Shown one piece after another: positions 43,327-51,570 of a DNA stretch of 64,000 nt. The position numbers and the translations under genes were made by a program. The notes below the pieces were generated by a model. It made no database searches. It was given only the letters and a program-made list of their open reading frames with translations, and was not told the origin of the DNA. Numbering within the stretch: the first letter of the stretch is position 1; each line of letters opens with the position of its first letter. Source of the stretch: Candidatus Omnitrophota bacterium (lineage in GTDB: Bacteria > Omnitrophota > Gorgyraeia > JAFGGP01); the NCBI GenBank assembly GCA_016930485.1, contig JAFGGP010000013.1, positions 153,157 through 217,156 on the forward strand, in the 5' to 3' direction.

Positions 43327-43653
43327 ATGATTGGTATTGAAGAGTTTAAAAAAGTGCGTCTCGTCATTGCAAGAGTCGCATCGGTAGAGGACATCCCCGG
43401 GGCTGATAAATTATATAAACTGACCATTGACGCGGGTCAAGGGGAGATGCGTACGATTGTCGCCGGCATCAAAAGGTTTTATGGGGCCAACGAACTCGAA
43501 GGTAGATTAATCGTCCTCTTAGAAAACCTAACCCCTGCTGTCATCAGAGGCGTAGAAAGTCATGGCATGCTTTTAGCCGCCTCAACCAGCGAAGGAGCCC
43601 TCTCACTTTTGACGCCCGATAAAGATATCGCCCCAGGCTCGGTAATTGCATGA
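43327..43653 (+). CDS. tRNA-binding OB-fold protein (CsaA / Trbp111 / MetRS C-terminal type)
   Basis: FKKVRLVIARVASVEDIPGADKLYKLTIDAG...IVAGI...LEGRLIVLLENLTPAVIRGVESHGMLLAA. The start is set to the ATG at 43327. Confidence 0.8.
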   Translation: MIGIEEFKKVRLVIARVASVEDIPGADKLYKLTIDAGQGEMRTIVAGIKRFYGANELEGRLIVLLENLTPAVIRGVESHGMLLAASTSEGALSLLTPDKDIAPGSVIA

Positions 43654-43749
43654 AACTCCGGGCATAAAAATCTGCGTAGAAACCGTAGCGCTTTTTTCTT
43701 GTAAAAGAAAGCCTCTTATTGCTATAATACGGTGAAAAGGCGAGGACCT

Positions 43750-44163
43750 ATGGAAGAAGAAATACATAATATGTTACCCGATCTGCAGTGTTCGATTCTG
43801 TGTGACGATGTCGTACAGGATAAAATTACCGGAAAACTCGTCCTCCACGGTATATTCTCCAATATCGAAGGCAAGCAATTGCCTATGACCCACAACAGAT
43901 GTTTTGTGGTAAACGGGTGGTGTAACGGACTCGGCACCTTTAAACAAAAAACCAAAGTAATTACCCCGGAAAAACAGATTCTTATTGAAGATCACGAAAC
44001 AGAATTTACCCTTTTCGACACACGCGCCAAGCATACCGTCATTGCCCAATTTAATAACCTTGCCTTTAAAACGCAGGGGACATACTGGGTAGAGATCTAC
44101 CTCGATAACCGCCTTATCTTGAGCTACCCTTTTGAGATACGTCTCAAAGAACGCGTCTTTTGA
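43750..44163 (+). CDS. Conserved hypothetical beta-rich protein
   Basis: A TTGTAA-N18-TATAAT-like promoter lies at about 43698-43727 and an SD-like AGGCGAGG precedes the ATG at 43750. No motif recognised. Confidence 0.4.
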   Translation: MEEEIHNMLPDLQCSILCDDVVQDKITGKLVLHGIFSNIEGKQLPMTHNRCFVVNGWCNGLGTFKQKTKVITPEKQILIEDHETEFTLFDTRAKHTVIAQFNNLAFKTQGTYWVEIYLDNRLILSYPFEIRLKERVF

Positions 44164-44355
44164 TCCCGCATTCGCTGTGCAACGGGCCTCTCCACAACTG
44201 CCACGGCAGGAAACTTTGCCTTGTCAACCCTTAAAATTTCATTCAGGGGCTTTATACATACGGTTTTTATGCTATACTTGAAGTAAAAGGTGAGACGCCT
44301 CCCACGGGTTTCGCATGCGCATTAGCAGGGAAATTAGACCTGCGGGGAGACTTTA

Positions 44356-45741
44356 ATGGATGCGAAACGGGGAGGATCAATCCCGTTCTTCAACAAAAAA
44401 GTGCTAAGGCAGGCTGAACGAATCCTCCTTAATCGCTATTTTTGGCTTTTCCGCATCAAACTTTCCTGTATCCTCGTATTCGTCTGGCTGTATGACTTAA
44501 CCGCGATCCTTCTTGTTGCTAAACCCCACCTCGTCGATCGAATCTGGCTATTGCGTCATTTTGATTTTCAGCCGTCTGTTCTGTGCATGCTGTTCGTTTT
44601 AGGGCTGGCGGTCAATTTTCCGTATCCGGGGCTTCTGCAACTTGTAACGCGCTGGCACTGTCATAATCCGATAGCAACAAAACAACGGTTGGTCCATCTA
44701 AGCGGCATGGTAGACCTTGCACTGCTTACCGGTATCAGTTTTTGCTGCGGGAGGGAAAATGCGCTTTTTTCATTCAACGTGTTTATCTTCATCATAGCCC
44801 TCGGCGCCTTTGTATACACCTATAAAACAGGCTTCTTCCTGGCATGCTATTCAAGTATTGCATTCGGAATCCTTTCGCTGGGCGAACATTGGGGATGTAT
44901 TTCGAGCCTTGAGCCATGTATCGGCCTAGCTATCGAAGACGAAGTATTATGCATAATCGGCTATGCGATCCTCTTTTTCGCCGTTGCCTTTATATCTACC
45001 ATATTAACCAGTCCTATGAGAACGAGGGCGCGGGAGTTGAAAAAATGGGGGGCCGTCCTGGAACGAAGACTTAGGGCCGCCCAGATTCAAGTAGTTAACG
45101 CACTCCTGACGACCCTTGCCGCCAAAGATCCCTACACGATGAAACATTCGCGGAATGTGGCGTTTTACGCCTCTCTTATCGCGAAAGAAATCGGACTTAC
45201 GCACCAAGATATTCTGCAGATCAAGCAGGCCTGTAAGCTCCATGATATTGGTAAGGTGGGAATCAGTGAAAAAATACTCAATAAACCAGGCCCTCTTGAG
45301 GCGCAGGAATGGGAAATCATTAAAATGCATACTATCATAGGCTCTGAAATCCTCTCAACCGTCGGTTTCCTTGAAAAAGTTGCCCTAATGGTCAAACAGG
45401 AGCACGAACGGTTTGATGGCCGTGGATATCCTGAAGGGCTAAAAGGCAACGAAATTATCCTGGGGGCCCAGATCATGTCGGTGGCTGATGCCTTTGATGT
45501 CATAGCCTCAAGACGGACCTATAAAGAGTCCCTGTGCATGGATGCAGCCCTTGTGGAGATTGAGAAAAATAGCGGGACCCAGTTCAATCCGGCTGTGGTT
45601 CGGGTCTTTAAAGGTGTCTACGAAAAATATGGACGGAGGATCAAAAAATTCATATCGCTGAGCGAGACCACCAATACCGACCCACGGGACATGGCACCAG
45701 TGCTCGTTACCCAAAGGATGCTTAAAAAACTCTACGGCTAA
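44356..45741 (+). CDS. Membrane-bound HD-GYP domain phosphodiesterase (canonical)
   Basis: 461 aa. About 7 TM segments, then KHSRNVAFYA, KLHDIGK, HERFDGRGYPEGLKG and SVADAFD. All HD-GYP metal ligands are present. Confidence 0.85.
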   Translation: MDAKRGGSIPFFNKKVLRQAERILLNRYFWLFRIKLSCILVFVWLYDLTAILLVAKPHLVDRIWLLRHFDFQPSVLCMLFVLGLAVNFPYPGLLQLVTRWHCHNPIATKQRLVHLSGMVDLALLTGISFCCGRENALFSFNVFIFIIALGAFVYTYKTGFFLACYSSIAFGILSLGEHWGCISSLEPCIGLAIEDEVLCIIGYAILFFAVAFISTILTSPMRTRARELKKWGAVLERRLRAAQIQVVNALLTTLAAKDPYTMKHSRNVAFYASLIAKEIGLTHQDILQIKQACKLHDIGKVGISEKILNKPGPLEAQEWEIIKMHTIIGSEILSTVGFLEKVALMVKQEHERFDGRGYPEGLKGNEIILGAQIMSVADAFDVIASRRTYKESLCMDAALVEIEKNSGTQFNPAVVRVFKGVYEKYGRRIKKFISLSETTNTDPRDMAPVLVTQRMLKKLYG

Positions 45742-45812
45742 CATGCAATGCTTCCAGCAAAGGCACCCTCACATGCATATGAAGGGAAGCATTGGTATTT
45801 CCCAATATAAAA

Positions 45813-45840
45813 AGTTAACATAACATATATTATAGGACAT
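45813..45840 (-). other. dif-like XerC/XerD recombination site
   Basis: The minus strand reads ATGTCCTATAA-TATATG-TTATGTTAACT (11-6-11). The XerD arm is close to E. coli TTATGTTAAAT and B. subtilis TTATGTAAACT, with the inner ATAA-N6-TTAT palindrome. It lies in the only convergent strand-switch spacer. Confidence 0.6.
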
Positions 45841-46058
45841 ACAGTATTATAAAAATCATCCTGCTCGCCTATGTTTTCTACAGAAACACAAAGCGCCGCA
45901 GCCTCAGCCCGACAAGATTGTAGGGGGGTTTTCAAAAGAAGCTGGTGGGCTATTTAGATTACGGGTTAACTAACTCATGTAACAGGGTAATTCGCCTTTT
46001 TTATCAGGCTTTCCCTGCTCCTGGATTGATATGCTGCACCCCCTAAGAACCCCTTCGC

Positions 46059-46598
46059 TTACTGTATTATGCCCTCTTTAACGGCAAGAAGTGCCTCTTT
46101 CAGACGTGCAGGCTGCTCGTCGAAACCATAGCGCAGGGCCTCTTCATATGCCGCCTGGATGCCCCAGTGATCTACTAAAACGCGGTATATAGCAATAGCC
46201 ATACCCGTCACATTCTTCCCGTCACTGCAGTGCACCAGTATGGGGTGCTTATTGCTGTCTTTAAGCAGGCCTGTAATGGTCGCTATATCGTCTTTCCGGG
46301 ATCCAGCATGCCCCCTCTCTATCGGAATATGAAAAAATGCTATATGAAATTTTTCCGCCTGCGCCTCTTCCCATTCTGTCTTTGGGCCGTCTGGACAAAG
46401 GCTAATCACGGTCTTTATCTGTATCTCTTCGAGCCGTTCATAGCCCTTTTCTCTGGGAAAACCGCTTCTAAAAATACCTTTCTTTACCTCGTGAAAATGA
46501 GGTAGGTCATAAGCAAACTTTACCGGGTATGGCATGCATCCTGCTACGGTTACATATATCCATAAAGCCGCAATAATGCTATTTCTGATATGTCTCAT
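46059..46598 (-). CDS. Tyrosine/dual-specificity phosphatase-fold lipoprotein with non-canonical P-loop
   Basis: 179 aa. Lipobox VTVAGC. The P-loop reads VHCSDGKNVTG, so the CX5R arginine position is Val. Confidence 0.6.
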   Translation of the reverse strand: MRHIRNSIIAALWIYVTVAGCMPYPVKFAYDLPHFHEVKKGIFRSGFPREKGYERLEEIQIKTVISLCPDGPKTEWEEAQAEKFHIAFFHIPIERGHAGSRKDDIATITGLLKDSNKHPILVHCSDGKNVTGMAIAIYRVLVDHWGIQAAYEEALRYGFDEQPARLKEALLAVKEGIIQ

Positions 46599-47133
46599 GG
46601 ATCAGTATTGCCCCTCGTGTGAGAGAAAAAATAGTAACTTCGAGTAATTGTCCGATTGCGCTAATCATGGCAAAACTGGGAATAGGATTCCTTTTGTCCT
46701 CGTCTTTCAAATGCCCCGGATTAATCCATATAATACCGTCCGCCGATTGCGCTGACTGCGGAATATGGGTGTGGCCATGGATTACTACATCGATTTCTCG
46801 CTTCTGGACCAGGGTCTCAGGGCGAATAAGGTCCGGTGGGTCATTGGCGTGAGAGTGCGGCGTATGTGTTATCAGAAATCGCCACCCCTCGATTTTTTTA
46901 ATAGGGCGCTTCTCGATGCGGCGATCGCGATAAAACGTGCTATGGACACCGGGCACCCTGATAAGCGGCACAGATAAATCGGATAGTACCGTTGCGTCTT
47001 CATAATCGTCGCCCAGGTGAATCAACATATCCACAGCAAACTGCCTGCACAGGATAGCCCCTGCCTCCCGCAGATTATCAAGATATCCGTGACTATCGCT
47101 AACAACCCCTGCTTTCATGGCTTTTAAAAGCAC
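46579..47133 (-). CDS. YfcE/MJ0936-type metallophosphoesterase
   Basis: VVSDSHG, HLGDD, ITHTPH and HGHTHIP motifs. The start is 47133 or 47118. Confidence 0.8.
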   Translation of the reverse strand: MLLKAMKAGVVSDSHGYLDNLREAGAILCRQFAVDMLIHLGDDYEDATVLSDLSVPLIRVPGVHSTFYRDRRIEKRPIKKIEGWRFLITHTPHSHANDPPDLIRPETLVQKREIDVVIHGHTHIPQSAQSADGIIWINPGHLKDEDKRNPIPSFAMISAIGQLLEVTIFSLTRGAILIHETYQK

Positions 47134-47621
47134 CCCCAGTGAATAACATCAGCGAGAGACCGTCTCTCTTTTTTTAAGCCCTCAGCCCCTGATCGATACC
47201 CCAGGGCAATAAGGGAAACCAGCTTCATGCCAGAAGGCCCGCCCAGAAGCTCCCTCACCTTATCGGCATAGGGCTTTTTGTCACCGGCTATCCAGCATGA
47301 CCCTATATCCCTGCTAGTAGCGGCAAGCAGGATATTTTCGGTTGCAGCACATCCATCTTCAAGATAGTACGTAGTGTCCCTGCAGAATACGGCGATGGCG
47401 GCGGCAGCACCCTTAAGAAAAGCGCCGTTTGGAGCAAAATCAGCGAGTCTGCCAAGCGTCTTCTCAGATTGAATCACTACAAATTCCCACGGTTCTTCAC
47501 CGCGAGCCGTAGGGGCCAATCTGGCCGCATCGACCAGTTCCTCGAGAGTCCCTCTCTCTATCTTCTGATTGCCATAGGACCGTTCGCTCCTTCGTCTTTT
47601 TATAGCCTCTATCAACTCCAT
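47124..47621 (-). CDS. Nitroreductase family protein
   Basis: MELIEAIKRRRSERSY start with a GAGGAGGAGG SD. The start is moved from the track 47771, which overlaps the DJ-1 gene. Confidence 0.85.
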   Translation of the reverse strand: MELIEAIKRRRSERSYGNQKIERGTLEELVDAARLAPTARGEEPWEFVVIQSEKTLGRLADFAPNGAFLKGAAAAIAVFCRDTTYYLEDGCAATENILLAATSRDIGSCWIAGDKKPYADKVRELLGGPSGMKLVSLIALGYRSGAEGLKKERRSLADVIHWGCF

Positions 47622-47637
47622 ACCTAGCCCCTCCTCC

Positions 47638-48258
47638 TCATTCGTTAAGATGCTGTTCCTCTTGTAATGCATCAACGATGGCCTGACCGAATAGCGCGGC
47701 GCTCTCCGGGCCGTTTGCGGTAATGCACCTGCCAGAGCGCACCACCGGCTCAACCGCATAAAGCACCCCATGCTCTTTCAAACGAGAAGCCTCCGATTTC
47801 CAGACCGTTGCCTTCTTACCCTCAAGCACACCGGCCTTTGCCAGAGTTACCGGCGCTATGCAGATAGCACACAGCAGCCTATTCTGCCTTAGTGCCTCCT
47901 GGGCAATTGTATGGGCCAGAGGATTATCCCAATAGAGCGCGGCACCGCTCCCCCCGACAAAAATAACCGCATCATACTCTGCTACCGTAATATCGCCAAC
48001 GGTAATATCGGGTTTGACCCTGAGGCCCAACATGCCGGTTGCCGTCTTGAGTGACGTCGACGCTACAATAATCTCGGCCCCCCTGCTCTGAAGCATTAGC
48101 TTGGGAATGCTGAACTCCTCATCACGAAAATTCTGTGGCGCAATAATCATGACCACCTTCTTCCCTGCAAGATCGGCAATATCGGCAAAAACAGATAAAC
48201 AGACCGTCTCCAGTATAAGAAACGATAAACAAAAAACGATCATTCGAATCGTCCTCAT
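47638..48258 (-). CDS. DJ-1/PfpI family protein with N-terminal signal/anchor
   Basis: KKVVMIIAPQNFRDEEF, DAVIFVGGSGA and the nucleophile elbow AICIAP. Hydrophobic N-terminus MRTIRMIVFCLSFLILETVCLSVFA. AAGGAGGT SD before the ATG at 48258. Confidence 0.85.
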   Translation of the reverse strand: MRTIRMIVFCLSFLILETVCLSVFADIADLAGKKVVMIIAPQNFRDEEFSIPKLMLQSRGAEIIVASTSLKTATGMLGLRVKPDITVGDITVAEYDAVIFVGGSGAALYWDNPLAHTIAQEALRQNRLLCAICIAPVTLAKAGVLEGKKATVWKSEASRLKEHGVLYAVEPVVRSGRCITANGPESAALFGQAIVDALQEEQHLNE

Positions 48259-48271
48259 TATAACCTCCTTG

Positions 48272-49024
48272 TTAGGCAGCATATTTCGAATCAGGCATCC
48301 CGCATGATGGACACGTCGGATTTTTCCGCAATCTTACCCAGGAAAAAGAGAGCGTTTCTCCATCAAAAATAAGCAATTCATTGAGCCTGATCTTACCGAT
48401 ACCGGTAATATACTTTATAACCTCGGTAGCCTGCAACGCCCCCATAATCCCTGGTGTAACACCAACCACAGGAAATAGTTCAGGAGGAGGTGCCGTTGTC
48501 ATCATACAGCGAAAACAGCCGGTTTCCGGCGTCCAAAAAAAACTCAACTGCCCGGTAAAACCCCAAATACTGGCATAAACCAGAGGCAGGTGTTTCGCTA
48601 TGCAATACCCATTCAGAATATAGCGCCCCGGAATGTTGTCCAGGCAGTCGACAATGATATCGCTCCCGGCTGCAAAATCCTCGATATTGCTCTCGGTGAT
48701 CTTTTCAGGAACGGCCCTAATCGATATCGCCGGATTCAGTTGTCCTAACCGAACCTGGGCGGAAAATGCCTTGCTTTCTCCGACAGATCCCGTTGTATGC
48801 ACTATTTGCCTGTTTAGATTGGAGAGCTCAACAGCATCATAGTCACAGATCAGAAGAGAGCCGACGCCGGCCGCCGCAAGATAAAATGCGCAGGAACTCC
48901 CCAAGCCACCCGCACCGGCTATAAAAACCGTAGCCGCCTTGAGCCTTTCCTGTCCATCCGCACCCCAGACAGGAAGATGCATCTGGCGGTCGTAGCGGAT
49001 GGCCTCCTCTCGCGTAATGGTCAT
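48272..49024 (-). CDS. ThiF/MoeB/HesA family E1-like adenylyltransferase
   Basis: 250 aa. YDRQ, IAGAGGLGS, DYDAVELSNLNRQ, and CFRC plus CPSC zinc cysteines. Confidence 0.9.
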   Translation of the reverse strand: MTITREEAIRYDRQMHLPVWGADGQERLKAATVFIAGAGGLGSSCAFYLAAAGVGSLLICDYDAVELSNLNRQIVHTTGSVGESKAFSAQVRLGQLNPAISIRAVPEKITESNIEDFAAGSDIIVDCLDNIPGRYILNGYCIAKHLPLVYASIWGFTGQLSFFWTPETGCFRCMMTTAPPPELFPVVGVTPGIMGALQATEVIKYITGIGKIRLNELLIFDGETLSFSWVRLRKNPTCPSCGMPDSKYAA

Positions 49025-49365
49025 TCTTCTTTCTCCTCCGGCATATTCTTAAATAGTAGATCCTTCGCCCGATGTTTCCCTGTCTGGTCTTTGTAATCAA
49101 GGTAATCAACAATAATAAGGTCCGGCCTCCTTGCCCGTATTCTCCGTATAATCGAAAATCTGCCGTGTGAATCCGCTGTCTCGCGCCGATAGGTAATATA
49201 TTTAAATGGCGTCTGGCAATTCGGGCAGGTGTACGTCTGTGCATAGTCAATACCCAAATGCCTACACTGGGCACAGTCACACGAAACCGCCCCCAGTATC
49301 AACAGATGTCTCGTTACCTCATTAACGTCAACCTCTTCCCACTTTCTGACATATGTCCGGTCCAT
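49021..49365 (-). CDS. Cys-rich hypothetical protein (CxC...CxxC zinc-ribbon-like)
   Basis: 114 aa from the ATG at 49365 (AAGGAG SD, 2 nt after the DUF362 stop). SCDCAQC...CPNC. ATGA overlap with the thiF-like start. Confidence 0.45.
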   Translation of the reverse strand: MDRTYVRKWEEVDVNEVTRHLLILGAVSCDCAQCRHLGIDYAQTYTCPNCQTPFKYITYRRETADSHGRFSIIRRIRARRPDLIIVDYLDYKDQTGKHRAKDLLFKNMPEEKEE

Positions 49366-49367
49366 AG

Positions 49368-50372
49368 CTACTCCTTGCAATCGTTAATCCCCGGTTTCCT
49401 CGCCGCATGAGACCGAGGCATAATGTGTTCGCATATCCTTTTGATAAAAAAATGCCTGACCGCACTCCTGATTACCCGCGGCAGATTGAAGGTAATATCG
49501 TCGAGTTCCTGCGGCAATTCAAGCTTCAAGCCGTTTGAGATATCAACATCTATCCCGATCGTTTCAATATCTTCCTGCCTCCCCGTTCCAACACCGAGGC
49601 CTCTTGCCATAGACAGAATATCGTATCGATCCTCCTTTATTCTCAGCATGCCTGATATAACTGTATCGATAGCGACATCGTCCTTTCCCAAGACGATAAC
49701 CCCGAGTTCGGCCGTACTCCCCTTACGGGGCCCACGCCCCTGCATGGCAATTATTCCATCCATAATGGTAAGCGGCGGCTTAAGCACCGCGCATATCCTT
49801 ACAAGCATCTCGCAGAACCGTTTGGTGTCGTTCTGGGCTACAAAATGGGGCCATACCTTCCGCTTGCCTGGCATACACCCGTAGAGATTCTTTACCGCCC
49901 CCGAATAGATAAGCTGTACATGGGATTTCAGTTTGGGAAGGTTAATAAGACACTCAGCGTCGATGGCGGCCCGATCAAGCACCAAGCCCCTCGGCGTAAT
50001 AGAGGTTATGAGGTCCAGTCTGACGGGTTGTTTAAACTCGCGGAGAGGCACGTTGTAGCGGCGGGCAATATCAAAAAGGCCGCATTTTTTTGCCACTCCA
50101 ACTAGAGAGCCAAAGGCAGGGCTATCACTGATAACCGGCCTTCCCCCCAGGTCTTTTACAATCTGGATAACCCCCTCAATAAATACCGGATGCGTTGTGA
50201 CGTGCCGATCGGCCTCAGCGGCACAGATCATGTTTGGCTTCAGGATAACTTCCCGTTGCGGCCGGATGATTGCATTGAGGGGGCCGATATAGCCGGCCAT
50301 CTGAAGAATAGCCTCTTTGACCAACGAGGCATCATATCCTTTACATTTTCCGACAATGACCTTCTGTTTCAT
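49368..50372 (-). CDS. DUF362 domain-containing protein
   Basis: 334 aa. KVIVGKCKGYD...VILKPNM...HPVFIEGV...KSHV pattern as recalled for DUF362. Confidence 0.75.
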   Translation of the reverse strand: MKQKVIVGKCKGYDASLVKEAILQMAGYIGPLNAIIRPQREVILKPNMICAAEADRHVTTHPVFIEGVIQIVKDLGGRPVISDSPAFGSLVGVAKKCGLFDIARRYNVPLREFKQPVRLDLITSITPRGLVLDRAAIDAECLINLPKLKSHVQLIYSGAVKNLYGCMPGKRKVWPHFVAQNDTKRFCEMLVRICAVLKPPLTIMDGIIAMQGRGPRKGSTAELGVIVLGKDDVAIDTVISGMLRIKEDRYDILSMARGLGVGTGRQEDIETIGIDVDISNGLKLELPQELDDITFNLPRVIRSAVRHFFIKRICEHIMPRSHAARKPGINDCKE

Positions 50373-50462
50373 AGGTTCTTATTATAACGAAACTCGGCGG
50401 GTAAATCTATAATACTGTTTATAGTATACCAACACGGTGAAATGGTGTGAAAAGGAGGGGTG

Positions 50463-50903
50463 CTATTGCGGAAAGCTCGGGAGCGTAGAAATAGTAAAAT
50501 CGACCCGTACAGCCTCATCTTTTGCTACGGTAATTTCTTTCATCTGCGTCTCGCCTGTCTCACCTTCCTTGACTGCTATTCGATATCTGCCCGGTACAAG
50601 CTGTTTAAACGAGTAATGGCCGTCTTTTACCTTGATGGTCCGGTATGTCAGGCTGGTAACCGGGGTGCCCTGTAAACCCGCTTTTCCCATGCCTCGCAGC
50701 GTTACCATTGCATTAGCAACCGGCCGGCCCTGTGAATTAACCACCATACCCGATATGGAGCATTCGGAGGCATTTTGCACACCTCCTATACTTTGCACCG
50801 GCGTAATCCTTACACTTTCCCCATGCGCCGAAACCGCATAACCGAGGATGCCGAAAAGAACCGCACCTGTGACCAGTATTGTGTCAACCGATTTCATATT
50901 CAT
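50463..50903 (-). CDS. Secreted carboxypeptidase-regulatory-like (Ig-like fold) domain protein
   Basis: 146 aa. Signal peptide. ISGMVVNSQGRPVANAMVTL...DGHYSFKQLVPGRYRIAV, typical of CarboxypepD_reg repeats. Confidence 0.6.
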   Translation of the reverse strand: MNMKSVDTILVTGAVLFGILGYAVSAHGESVRITPVQSIGGVQNASECSISGMVVNSQGRPVANAMVTLRGMGKAGLQGTPVTSLTYRTIKVKDGHYSFKQLVPGRYRIAVKEGETGETQMKEITVAKDEAVRVDFTISTLPSFPQ

Positions 50904-51487
50904 CGAAGCCGTTCCTTGAGCACAAAACCGGATATGGATTGCCTTAATTCATCCAGACTCATGTGCATTACTTCTTCTTTTTTCTGATACAGCTTTCCTG
51001 TCTCAAGGTCATGAAATATAATGCCATCCAGATCCCGTGAAAGCCGATTGGCCGTCCCGGGTTCCTCCTGCGTAATGAGAATCTTCCCCTGCGCCAACCC
51101 CAGGACATGTCGATATCCCTCCGGGTCCTTTCCGGTCAGGAAAAGAACTGCCTCCTCATCGGGCAAAAACGTCAGGCCGTCATATGCATCCTGCTCCTCT
51201 ATATCGATATAGTTATTAATATGGCGTATGGTAAGCTCCTCTGTCCCCAGATGGTTCTTCCAGTACTCATCGACGTGCAATGTTACAAAGGTCTCCACAC
51301 TCGCTACGTATGGATCCCATACATCCCGTTTGGCTATACACCGGGCAAGGACAATACAGTCTGCCCTTAGCGCCAACTCCTCTATTCCCATTTCAATCAT
51401 AGTAAGGCCATAGGCAGTGGGAATAAGACATGTCATAGTTAGCCCTACACAGACAATAATATGATAAAAAAGCTTCTTTAATGTCAT
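50900..51487 (-). CDS. Secreted hypothetical protein
   Basis: The signal peptide MTLKKLFYHIIVCVGLTMTCLIPTAYG begins at the ATG at 51487. The track start at 51559 would read through the G11 tract and the leader terminator. ATGA coupling to the downstream gene. Confidence 0.5.
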   Translation of the reverse strand: MTLKKLFYHIIVCVGLTMTCLIPTAYGLTMIEMGIEELALRADCIVLARCIAKRDVWDPYVASVETFVTLHVDEYWKNHLGTEELTIRHINNYIDIEEQDAYDGLTFLPDEEAVLFLTGKDPEGYRHVLGLAQGKILITQEEPGTANRLSRDLDGIIFHDLETGKLYQKKEEVMHMSLDELRQSISGFVLKERLR

Positions 51488-51492
51488 AAACG

Positions 51493-51503
51493 CCCCCCCC
51501 CCC
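51493..51503 (-). repeat. Homopolymeric G11 tract (C11 on + strand) at the ribosome-binding position
   Basis: Counted directly: 11 consecutive C at 51493-51503, 5 nt upstream of the ATG at 51487 on the minus strand. Confidence 0.95.
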
Positions 51504-51570
51504 GTTATATAAAAGGCCCCATTCCATCTCTGGAAAAAGGCCTCTGTATTTGCTACCATATACTATTCCG

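Noticed and set aside
45738-45935. A 65-aa minus-strand ORF in the convergent spacer, and a 10-bp inverted repeat CAATGCTTCC...GGAAGCATTG at 45748-45796.
   Set aside because: The ORF has no SD, is Cys-rich with odd composition, and overlaps the dif-like site. The repeat has a 29-nt loop and no U-tract. At best it is a weak terminator for the HD-GYP gene.
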